DNA of 64,000 nucleotides from Rhodothermales bacterium (GCA_017643395.1 JAEPNP010000003.1:254769-318768), one strand, 5' to 3'. Counted from the first letter of the stretch, positions 39,201 through 46,440 are shown. Notes: generated by a model from the sequence alone, not told the origin. Made by a program: numbers and translations.

Positions 39201-39237
39201 GAGGAATCAGGGACAGGGGATGCAATGGGGAGAGCAA
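36220..39237 (-). CDS. Sensor histidine kinase with large periplasmic two-component-regulator-propeller / Y_Y_Y-type domain, HisKA_3 + HATPase_c
   Basis: 1005 aa. Signal/TM at the N-terminus, ~700-aa repeat-rich ectodomain, TM (LWFQLLAGGLILGTVGG), HisKA_3 (RHIHDGPLQAL), ATPase (YDNGRGF...GLLGMHEWAKRAGGTLQV). Confidence 0.9.
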   Translation of the reverse strand: MLSPLHPLSLIPRKYLILLLLWPFFSTTTAAQEGDRFVRIGVEGGLASPETWVALRTENGSLWIGSKQGLQEWEGGQVRTTFNESNSLLANPWVYSLLQTDEGILVAVLDGHPLRLDPTTRSLAAIPVDPACDPIPVELGRPRSLDRVVPGEVWVTTSRAGVISIRDGRLCPVPFASVEESEVATNPTRLVRTPDGAVYMGTRGAGLIRFKWEDGQLSGLESVPGVSLDVNDLVYDPAGYLWLGTSGMGVQRLDLASGEIARLKTLTFDGTGMADTVVWNLLLADGELWIGNQKGLYVFLQQTGRLVEYRHRPGDDSSLCNDDVGKLHADAFGMLWAATDNGVCGVSRTRYGYTIREYRVAPLTAIAPASENGTLWSATTEGIQKLALDGDLKRSEPIPQPSQGRPREPTAMLEQDGAVTMGTAQHGLFRIPRDRPIEKLSLAGAFPTDFSVMDLAAWQGAIAVSTVGEGIGIVRDLSVESFAAGANMLELLAHSSGQLYARPGTGGLTEARSDSSEWDLVGPWATDTLAGAFFTTNDLTEARGGEIFAATDGGVLRWDPESETSSLFDTNQGLPPGGQIAVEADHLGRIWALSSSAASRFDPLRPEMGWRTIRPDPRDGAGQFIQKQLIRVGDRMVAARENGLWSFDPDLEIPPAPEPEITLVASGGTLQGSRLELRRGAYEFEANITLADLGGLEHLRIWTQLHGDDDLPREYRQSMVSQVFRDIPPRREPYRLEIRTLAGNGQTGRFLYDVVVRRPLIQTLWFQLLAGGLILGTVGGSILTRTQRRRREALEIQTALAESREDERKTLQRHIHDGPLQALYTFRHLAEMLHEDGSEETLEEIQKRTDSTIEELRRICANLRPSGLLTTPLERTFRAYCQDFQLDHEDIQVQTDLEAVGMMEEPVAVTAYRVLQSALGNVARHSAASAVDVALRRVGNALEVSVYDNGRGFDSSTSLVALARNRHFGLLGMHEWAKRAGGTLQVLSSRGSGTRLTLTIPVVTD

Positions 39238-39395
39238 CTTCCGGGTAAAAAAAGGTCATTTTTGACCACCCACAATAAGGTGAAACGACTATTCGTAAGT
39301 CGGAATGACCGGCGAGATTGGTGCAAATCGGGCCGAAAAACGAGCAATTCTGCTCTTGATTCGCTCCTCAACTCCACCAAAGCCCCCGCTGCACA

Positions 39396-39611
39396 ATGCA
39401 GGTATTCTCTCGCCTCCAAGTCCTCTGCGTCGCTGCGCTCATCGCCTTCACACTGACCGCCTGTGATTCGAATCCTGTCGGTCCTATAGACCACTCTGAG
39501 CGCGTTCAGCCAGTCGAAGAGTACGCCCCGGTTCCAACCGGTACGATTCTGAACATTGACGTGGTGGACCGTACACCCCAGGTTGCTGCGAAAGACACTC
39601 TCAACGGCTAG
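39396..39611 (+). CDS. Small lipoprotein (71 aa), unknown function
   Basis: Signal peptide plus lipobox: LCVAALIAFTLTAC-DSNPV. The post-Cys context (CDSN) is the same as in two other lipoproteins of the window. Confidence 0.5.
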   Translation: MQVFSRLQVLCVAALIAFTLTACDSNPVGPIDHSERVQPVEEYAPVPTGTILNIDVVDRTPQVAAKDTLNG

Positions 39612-39713
39612 CACATTACCCAAAGGCTGCTCGGTCCCGGCTATCACCCTCGACAGTTCCGGTGCCAGTCCGGTTGGGTTTCGCGGCCCAGTCAGGGAGG
39701 GACGAGCGGGTAA

Positions 39714-40613
39714 TCAGGTGAGCGAGTCCCCCGCGCTCTGGCGCGGGGGCATCGCCTGACTGATCTCCTTTGCCCATGACTCGAATCGAGTCATGGCGGA
39801 GAAGAGCGCAGGGCGGCATGGCAGGCTGTCACCGGAGACGGCATCCAGCCCGGCGCCCCCAAATGCGAGCCGGAATGGGGCCTGACCCGCGATGCGCTCG
39901 AGGCTCAGGCCGACTTGCCGAATTTCCGGAATCACGGGCGCAAGCGTGATAGACACGCAAACCAGGTCGGCCCGATAGTCGAGTTGTGCAGACGCGATGT
40001 CCTCGGGGGGCACGTTCAGCCCGAGGTAATGAACCTGCCAACCCAGTCTTCGCAGCACGAGCCGCGCCATCAGTGCGCCCAGTTCGTGGCCTTCCCCTCG
40101 CGCGCACGTCACGAGCGCCCGAGGTCCGAGCGTGTGCGGCAGCGCGACAGTCCGCGCGACGACGAGGTCCCGCAACAGATAGGACACCGCATGTTCGTCC
40201 GCGATGCCCATGCGGCCTTCGTGATAGGCCTGGTCGACTCGAGCCATGACACCGGCCACTACGCCGTCCAGAAACGGCCCGGCCGCTGCAGCCTGCAACT
40301 GGTGATCCAGCATGGCTAGTAGCGATCTGCCATCTCCCCCAAGGGCCCAGTAGTACGCGAGTCTGGCGAGCGCCTCAAAGTCGTCCTCCTGGTGCCGCAG
40401 TTCCTCAGCCTCGAGGTAATCCCGCAGACGGTCGCCAAAAACCGCCAAGGCGAGCCCCTCGCGACTGATCAGAGCCGCAAGGTGGCGGGGACCAATTCGC
40501 CGGTGGCCCCCGCGGGTCACTTCATGCGGTAGTTCGCCCCCGTCGCACCACCGCTTGACGGTGGACTCGTGAACGCCGCATAAGTCGGCGGCTCGACCGG
40601 TGGTGATCAGCAT
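39714..40613 (-). CDS. HTH (MerR/excisionase-type) + cobalamin-binding-domain regulator, CarH/LitR-like candidate photoreceptor
   Basis: N-terminal MLITTGRAADLCGVHESTVKRWCDGGELP...GGHRRI. Middle helical region. C-terminal Rossmann B12-binding domain ALVTCARGEGHELGALMARLVLRRLGWQVHYLGLNVPPEDI...ADLVCVSITL, with an (D/E)xHxxG lower-ligand motif. Confidence 0.8.
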   Translation of the reverse strand: MLITTGRAADLCGVHESTVKRWCDGGELPHEVTRGGHRRIGPRHLAALISREGLALAVFGDRLRDYLEAEELRHQEDDFEALARLAYYWALGGDGRSLLAMLDHQLQAAAAGPFLDGVVAGVMARVDQAYHEGRMGIADEHAVSYLLRDLVVARTVALPHTLGPRALVTCARGEGHELGALMARLVLRRLGWQVHYLGLNVPPEDIASAQLDYRADLVCVSITLAPVIPEIRQVGLSLERIAGQAPFRLAFGGAGLDAVSGDSLPCRPALFSAMTRFESWAKEISQAMPPRQSAGDSLT

Positions 40614-40624
40614 GTCGCGAAATA

Positions 40625-40658
40625 AAAAACGATCATGGTAATACGTATGATCGTTTTT
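40625..40658. promoter_or_regulatory. Perfect 12-nt inverted repeat AAAAACGATCAT-N10-ATGATCGTTTTT in the regulator/rhodopsin divergent intergenic region
   Basis: Read directly. It starts 12 nt upstream of the regulator start (40613). Two further half-site copies lie at 40763..40773 (gtgatcgtttg) and 40806..40815 (aaacgatctc), closer to the rhodopsin start. Confidence 0.55.
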
Positions 40659-40861
40659 GGGTCCGTTCGTGGCGACTAGTGGAGTAGGGAAGCGATCGCG
40701 GAGGTTGGATCGTGCGCGACGGCAGTCGACTTTTGCAACTGGATTCGTTCAGATGTGGTTCCGTGATCGTTTGTCATACCCGATAGGCTCTTGGCGAACC
40801 CGCGGAAACGATCTCTGGACGAGCCTCCACGTTGTTTTAAACTTGAATTGCGGGTCCAATC

Positions 40862-41647
40862 ATGGAGCTCCCAACCCTCACTCCAGGCGAATACAGTCTC
40901 GTCTACAACTTTTTCTCGCTCACGATCGCCTCAATGCTCGCAGCGTTCGTGTTTTTCATCATGGGTCAGTCCCGCGTGGCACCGAAGTATCGGATTTCGC
41001 TGATGGTCTCGGCCCTGGTCGTAGGTATTGCCGCCTACCACTACTTCCGAATCAGTTCCTCCTGGGCCGGAGCGTACGTGATGGCTGACGGACTCTACAC
41101 GGCCAGCGGCGCTCCCTTCAACGATGCCTACCGCTACGTGGACTGGCTGCTGACAGTGCCACTCCTGCTTGTCGAGTTGGTGCTCGTGCTGCAGCTGACG
41201 CGCGAGAAGAGCGGTCCGATGCTGACCAAATTGGTCATTGCCGCGACGGCCATGATCGCGCTCGGCTACCCAGGCGAGATCACGACGGACGTCACCGCAC
41301 GAGCCATCTGGGGTGCGCTCTCCACGGTGCCGTTCATCTACATCCTCTATGTCCTCTGGGTGGAGCTGGGCAAAGTTCTGGTGACGCAGCCGGAGCGTGT
41401 GCGCATCCTGACACGCAACATCCGCCTGCTACTTCTGGCTACATGGGGTTTCTATCCCATTGCCTACCTCGGCCCCATGCTGGGCTTCGGGGGTGGTGAA
41501 GCGGTGGTCTTCCTGCAGGTCGGCTACTCGCTCGCAGATGTGCTTGCGAAGGCCGGCTTTGGCGTCATGATCTATGCGATTGCGCGTGCAAAGTCCGATG
41601 CCGACGGCTGGGACCTGAACGCCCAGCCCGCGATCCTGCGCGCCTGA
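40862..41647 (+). CDS. Xanthorhodopsin-type light-driven proton pump (microbial rhodopsin, DTE motif)
   Basis: 261 aa, 7 TM. Helix C is RYVDWLLTVPLLLVEL (D94, T98, E105). Schiff-base Lys is in SLADVLAKAGFG (K230, counter-ion D226). It is collinear with Salinibacter XR as I recall it: LPTLTPG.YSLV, APKYRIS.MVSALVV, NDAYRYVDWLLTVPLL, LLLATWGFYPIAY. Confidence 0.95.
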   Translation: MELPTLTPGEYSLVYNFFSLTIASMLAAFVFFIMGQSRVAPKYRISLMVSALVVGIAAYHYFRISSSWAGAYVMADGLYTASGAPFNDAYRYVDWLLTVPLLLVELVLVLQLTREKSGPMLTKLVIAATAMIALGYPGEITTDVTARAIWGALSTVPFIYILYVLWVELGKVLVTQPERVRILTRNIRLLLLATWGFYPIAYLGPMLGFGGGEAVVFLQVGYSLADVLAKAGFGVMIYAIARAKSDADGWDLNAQPAILRA

Positions 41648-41660
41648 AAACCGCGATAGC

Positions 41661-42629
41661 GTGTCGTACACGACACATATTGCCTCGGGTGTTCCCGATG
41701 CGGCCATGTCCCGCCAGGCCGACTACCTCCCGGTAGTCGCTGCCCTGGCGGGACTGGCCGCATCCGGCGCCCTCGCCGGTGGACCGATCTGGACGCTCCT
41801 GCTGCCTCTGGCAGTCAGCGCCGTCTGGTTCGGACTGCCCCATGGAGGCGCAGATCACATCGTTGCTGCTGCTCTGCGCCAGCGACTCTGGGGACCCATC
41901 GCCGCCTACCTGGCAGCGATCGGTCTCTTCCTCGCAGTCTGGTGGATCAAAGCGCCTCTGGCGTTCTGGCTGTTCATCGCCATGACGGTCTTTCACTGGG
42001 GTACGGGCGATGCCCATTTCGCGATTTCCAGAGGGTGGGTGCCTCGTTTCGCGGCACCGACCTCCGCGTTGGTCAGAGGAGCGCTGCCGATGCTTGGCCC
42101 GCTGGCATTCTTTCCAGGGCGCTTTGCCGAGGTCGAGCGCGCAGCAACTTCCCTCTTTGGAGGGTCCGGGGTTGTCGCAGGTCCCATCGCCCAGATGGTT
42201 GCACTGGGGATGTTGGCGATGATCATTCTCGCGCACGTCGGGCACCTGTACCATCGAGGAGCCTTGCGGCATTCCGGGCGTGACGTGATGGAGCTGGCCG
42301 TTCTGCTGGTCCTGTTTGCTGTCGTCGATCCGCTGGTGTCTGTCGGGGTGTATTTCACGTTCTGGCACAGTGTGCGCCATCTGGACAGGCTCGGAGGCTT
42401 CTATGAGCGGAGACTGAATGGGCGCAGTCTGCTCCGGGACGTGATTCCAACCACCCTAATCTCTTTGGTCGGCATCGCTGGTCTTGCCATTCTGGTGCCT
42501 CAGACGCCCGATTCGGGGTTTGCCTTGCTGGGTGTGTACCTGGTGGCGATTTCCGCGCTCACATTCCCTCACATGCTGGTCGTCCACCTGATGGACCGCG
42601 CTGAACACGCATTTCCGTGGAACGGCTAG
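41661..42629 (+). CDS. blh: Beta-carotene 15,15'-dioxygenase, Brp/Blh family (retinal synthesis)
   Basis: Membrane protein with the four His-containing motifs of the family: FGLPHGGADH, VFHWGTGD, FTFWHSVRH, LTFPHM. It lies 13 nt after the rhodopsin stop. The GTG start at 41661 is uncertain; an in-frame ATG lies at 41706. Confidence 0.9.
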   Translation: MSYTTHIASGVPDAAMSRQADYLPVVAALAGLAASGALAGGPIWTLLLPLAVSAVWFGLPHGGADHIVAAALRQRLWGPIAAYLAAIGLFLAVWWIKAPLAFWLFIAMTVFHWGTGDAHFAISRGWVPRFAAPTSALVRGALPMLGPLAFFPGRFAEVERAATSLFGGSGVVAGPIAQMVALGMLAMIILAHVGHLYHRGALRHSGRDVMELAVLLVLFAVVDPLVSVGVYFTFWHSVRHLDRLGGFYERRLNGRSLLRDVIPTTLISLVGIAGLAILVPQTPDSGFALLGVYLVAISALTFPHMLVVHLMDRAEHAFPWNG

Positions 42630-43507
42630 AGACTTGGTATCAGGACCACTTTCTCGGTCCCGAAGCAAAGGAGCAATGGGAGCGCCGGATCGTGTGGCTC
42701 GCCATCGGCGGTTTTCTGGTGCACCTCGCGCTGATCTTCCTCACCCGGGCAGAGTGGGTAGTGCTCCCGCCTGAGTCGAGGCTTCTGGGAAGCCCCATAG
42801 CAGCCATATACACCCCGTTCTCGTTCATCTTGCTGTACGAGGTGTATCTGCTCATTTACTACCTGCCGCACTCGATCAGCACGTACATCGGCAAGCAGTA
42901 TGAGATCGTCGCGCTGATTGTCATCCGGCGCATATTCAAGGACATCTCGAACCTGGACCTGACGACCGAGTGGTTTTCAAACCCGGACGACCTGCAGTTC
43001 ACGTACGACGTCGTGTCGACCGTACTGCTTTTTGCGCTGATTCTCGTGTTCTATTGGCTGAACAAGAGGCGCCACGTCATCGAAGGGAAGGGCGGCGAGC
43101 TGACTCCGAAGCTGCAGCGTTTCATTCGCATAAAGACCGGACTTGCGATGGTGTTGATACCGGTCTTCATCGGTCTCGCAGTCTACACGCTCGGCGACTG
43201 GCTGTTGACCATCTTCTCAGACGCTTCAGTCGAGCGCAGCCTCTACGATCTGAATACCATCTTTTTCGATGAGTTCTTTTCGGTGCTGATCGTGACCGAT
43301 GTGCTGTTGTTGCTGGTTTCGCTGATTCACACGGACCGCTTCCGCAAGGTGATCCGCAACTCCGGGTTCATCATTTCCACCATCCTGATCAAGCTGTCCT
43401 TCAGTGCCGTGGGTCTGTTGAATGCGGCGCTGACTACGGCAGCGGTGCTGTTCGGAGTGCTCATTCTTGGCCTTCACAACCTGTACGCCCGACTTGAAAA
43501 TGACTGA
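42617..43507 (+). CDS. Polytopic membrane protein of unknown function, overlapping the blh stop (rhodopsin operon member?)
   Basis: 296 aa, about 7-8 hydrophobic segments, one of them charged and amphipathic (YEIVALIVIRRIFKDISNL). The start overlaps blh by 13 nt. It is locally less GC-rich than its neighbours. Confidence 0.7.
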   Translation: MERLETWYQDHFLGPEAKEQWERRIVWLAIGGFLVHLALIFLTRAEWVVLPPESRLLGSPIAAIYTPFSFILLYEVYLLIYYLPHSISTYIGKQYEIVALIVIRRIFKDISNLDLTTEWFSNPDDLQFTYDVVSTVLLFALILVFYWLNKRRHVIEGKGGELTPKLQRFIRIKTGLAMVLIPVFIGLAVYTLGDWLLTIFSDASVERSLYDLNTIFFDEFFSVLIVTDVLLLLVSLIHTDRFRKVIRNSGFIISTILIKLSFSAVGLLNAALTTAAVLFGVLILGLHNLYARLEND

Positions 43508-43685
43508 TACCAGAGTTTCTCCACTTACTCCCTCCGCAGCGGTGGCGTTGGGGATGGTCTTCATGGCGGCGCTGGCCGTGTCTTTCCGACACGGAGCGTT
43601 CATTTCCCCTCCGGTCGTATTGGGTGTCGGGCTGGCCCTCCTGTGGATCTTCCGGCCTCGGTCAGTCGAGGCGGCCAAGCGTTAG
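43500..43685 (+). CDS. Small 2-TM membrane protein (61 aa), hypothetical
   Basis: Begins MTDTRVSPLTPSAAVALGMVFMAALAVSF...VVLGVGLALLWIF. The ATG overlaps the upstream stop region. The 3' end overlaps the convergent LRR gene stop by 4 nt. Confidence 0.4.
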   Translation: MTDTRVSPLTPSAAVALGMVFMAALAVSFRHGAFISPPVVLGVGLALLWIFRPRSVEAAKR

Positions 43686-45850
43686 CGCGACACGACCAGG
43701 ATGCGCGAGAGGCGTTGCCCGGCGGCCTCCAAGTGCACCACGCACATGCCCGCCGAGAGGTCGGCTGTGCGTAGCGACGTTTCGTAACTGCCTGAGGAGT
43801 GATGCCCCTGTTCGATGGCCATCAGCCTTCGCCCCAGGATGTCATACAGGCTCAGGACAACGGGGCCTGGCTCGGAGAGCGAATAACGCAGCCGGGCTTC
43901 ACCCTTGGCAGGGTTGGGATAGGGCGACTCCAGCGTGACGGCGATGGCAGGCCGCTCCGGCTCAATGGTCGTGGCTGTCTCGCACTCGACCCCCGTCACT
44001 TCTCCCGGGCCGCCGGGGCCGTCAAACGCCGGCCCCATGGCGAATGCCCAGTCCCGCATGGACTCCGTCGGCGGCAGACACAGGCTGGTAAAGTTGAACC
44101 GGAAGTTGGACATGGAGAGATTCAGGAACGTCTCGGGGATGGGACCGCTCAGGTCCGCGTTGTAAAACACCTCCAGCGAGCGCAGCTGTGACAGCGAGCC
44201 AAGAGACGACGGAAGTCCACCGGTCAGATTATTCGTTCCGAGATCCAGGCCGCTGAGCTTCGCGGCGTTCCCAAGCGAGTCAGGTATGGGCCCGGAGAGT
44301 TGGTTGTCTCCAAGGTTGATGTAGCGAATCTGGGGAAGCATGCCCAACTCTGACGGAATCCCGCCGGACAACTCGTTGTTGTTCAAAAGCAGAATGCGCA
44401 GTTGGGGCATGTCTCCGTATTCCGACGGAATCGGCCCTGTAATGCGGTTGTGCTCGAGGTTCAGCTCGGACAATCGTTCCAGGCGACCCAGTTCTGGCGG
44501 GAGAGGCCCGTCGAGGCGGTTCATGCTCAGGTCCAACTCGGAAAGGTTGTCCAGATCGCCAAGCGAGCCTGGAATCGCCCCGGTCAATTGGTTATTGAAC
44601 AGATTGAGGCTGGTCAGACCTGACATGCCCCCGAGGCCCTCCGGCAACGTCTCAATCAGGTTCTGGTGCAGGTCGAGGGACTGCAGCGTAGTGAGCGCAC
44701 CAAACTCCGGTGGAATGGTCGTAAAGAAGTTTCGCGACAGGTCCATAACCCGCACGCTGGCCAGTTGACCGAATTGACCGGGAATCGGCCCAGACAGGTA
44801 GTTGCCGCGGACGTCGAGCACGCGCAGTGCGCTCAGAGCGCCGAGTTCCGGGGGCAGGGGTCCTCCCAGACGATTGGCACCAAGGTCCAGGTAAGTCAGT
44901 TGCTTGAGATTGCCGAGTTCAGGAGGCACCGTGCCTTCCAACTCATTTCGCCGCAGGGTGAGATACTCCAGGTTCAGCAACTGACCGAGCTGCGGAGGAA
45001 TGGCACCTGAGAGGCGGTTGTCGTCCAGCCGCAGCACTTTGAGAGCGGACAGTCCACCGATCTCAGCAGGAAGGCCGGTCAGCTTGTTGTCGCCTGCATC
45101 GAGGTGTTGCAGCGAGCTCAGGTTGCCGAACTCGGCCGGAAAGGAGCCCGAGAAACTGTTGTCGTGGAGGTCGAGAAACTCCAGCGCCGATAGCTGCCCA
45201 ATCTCCGGCGGCAGACGACTGTACAGGTTGTTGCCCAGGTGCCATTCCCTCAGCGCAACCAGGCCGCCAATGTTGGTCGGCAGCGTGCCGCCGAGCAGGT
45301 TGTCATTCAGCCAGGCGACTTCCAGGCTGGCCAGCGTGCCGAAGCCTGCTCCAAGGTTGATCAGCCGGTTGCGCGAGAGATAAAGGTGGGTCAGTGCCTG
45401 AAGGCCTGCCAGGCTGTCGGGTAGGCGACCTGTCAGGCGGTTGTGCTGTAGCCTCAACTCCGTCAGCTTGGTGAGCCGTCCAATCTCCGACGGGATGGTT
45501 CCGTGCAGGTCGTTGCTGGGGAGATACAGAAAGACCAACTCCGTCAATTCCCCGATCTCGGGCGGCAATTCGCCGGAAAGGTTTCGTCCTCCCAGATTCA
45601 GGCCTGCCACGCGTCCGGAGATCATCACAACTCCCGACCACGAGATCAGAGGTCCGGTCAACCAGTTGGTATTCACGTGCCAGTTTGCACCTCCGGTGGA
45701 CCGGTAGAGCGCGACCAGCGCGAGAGAGTCCGCCTGATTGGCGGCCGATGGGAGCGAAGGTCGCGCCGGCGTGTTCACAGTGGCCCCGACCGCCAGGGCC
45801 AACGTCAGCGCAGCGGCCAGGCCTGTAACCTTGTGAGGGAGTCGTTTCAG
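43682..45850 (-). CDS. Leucine-rich-repeat protein (about 20 plant-specific-type 24-residue LRRs) with T9SS C-terminal sorting domain; probable CTG start
   Basis: Repeats follow L..L..L.L..N.L.G.IP..LG (e.g. LTELVFLYLPSNDLHGTIPSEIGR). C-terminus YPNPAKGEARLRYSL...GMCVVHLEAAGQRLSRILVVSR. The track ORF starts at TTG 45802 without a signal peptide. Extending 16 codons to CTG 45850 gives (M)KRLPHKVTGLAAALTLALAVGA. Confidence 0.85.
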   Translation of the reverse strand: MKRLPHKVTGLAAALTLALAVGATVNTPARPSLPSAANQADSLALVALYRSTGGANWHVNTNWLTGPLISWSGVVMISGRVAGLNLGGRNLSGELPPEIGELTELVFLYLPSNDLHGTIPSEIGRLTKLTELRLQHNRLTGRLPDSLAGLQALTHLYLSRNRLINLGAGFGTLASLEVAWLNDNLLGGTLPTNIGGLVALREWHLGNNLYSRLPPEIGQLSALEFLDLHDNSFSGSFPAEFGNLSSLQHLDAGDNKLTGLPAEIGGLSALKVLRLDDNRLSGAIPPQLGQLLNLEYLTLRRNELEGTVPPELGNLKQLTYLDLGANRLGGPLPPELGALSALRVLDVRGNYLSGPIPGQFGQLASVRVMDLSRNFFTTIPPEFGALTTLQSLDLHQNLIETLPEGLGGMSGLTSLNLFNNQLTGAIPGSLGDLDNLSELDLSMNRLDGPLPPELGRLERLSELNLEHNRITGPIPSEYGDMPQLRILLLNNNELSGGIPSELGMLPQIRYINLGDNQLSGPIPDSLGNAAKLSGLDLGTNNLTGGLPSSLGSLSQLRSLEVFYNADLSGPIPETFLNLSMSNFRFNFTSLCLPPTESMRDWAFAMGPAFDGPGGPGEVTGVECETATTIEPERPAIAVTLESPYPNPAKGEARLRYSLSEPGPVVLSLYDILGRRLMAIEQGHHSSGSYETSLRTADLSAGMCVVHLEAAGQRLSRILVVSR

Positions 45851-45969
45851 GGGAGCTTCGGGAGAATGCCCTGCAAGCTATCCGATCGAACGAGGTCAGG
45901 CCGAACCCTTCCGGGCGGGTCGCCTGCGCACGCCTCCCGCCCGCGTCTGCGAGATGTCGAACCGCACAT

Positions 45970-46440
45970 CTACCCCAGCACATCGACCGGGTCGCCGACC
46001 CGAATCAGCCCGTCCGAAAGAATCTGCACCCGCAAACCCCCGCGCCCGATCATGGCGGGGAGCACGGTGATGCCGGTTTTCCGCTCCAGGTATTTGCAAG
46101 GCTGGCAGAGGCGCACTCCCTTGACGTCGATCTCTCCAAGGCGAATGCGCTGTTTGACCAGCGCATTCAGTTCAATGCCGGAGACCAGCACGTTGCGCCG
46201 ACTGTCGGCCGCAGTCAAGGGAACGCCTTGCCGATTCAATTCCTCGAGAGCCTCGGTAGAGATCAGCGTCAACTCTCGTTTGGGTCCGGCCCAGCGAGAA
46301 AGCGAGCCGGCATTGGCATAGTACCGGTCTCCCACCAGACCGCGGCCTGCGACGGCCCGGGCCTCCGCGACCGATTGCATCGGAGCGCCGCGATCGGCGG
46401 CGATGAAGATGGCTTCGATGCGGCCGGGAGGGACCGTCAC
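45970..46440 (-). CDS. MOSC-domain protein
   Basis: 156 aa. The pattern GDRY...ELTLISTEALEEL...RRNVLVSGI.LN......IRLGEI...GVRLCQPC is typical of the MOSC beta-barrel with its conserved Cys. The GTG start overlaps the upstream stop (GTGA). Confidence 0.85.
   Translation of the reverse strand: MTVPPGRIEAIFIAADRGAPMQSVAEARAVAGRGLVGDRYYANAGSLSRWAGPKRELTLISTEALEELNRQGVPLTAADSRRNVLVSGIELNALVKQRIRLGEIDVKGVRLCQPCKYLERKTGITVLPAMIGRGGLRVQILSDGLIRVGDPVDVLG

Noticed and set aside
42617-43507. Carotenoid enzyme (CruF/DUF422 hydratase or CrtY-type cyclase) identity for the membrane protein after blh
   Set aside because: I could not find the motifs I associate with those families. The size and operon position fit, but that alone is insufficient, so it is left as unknown.
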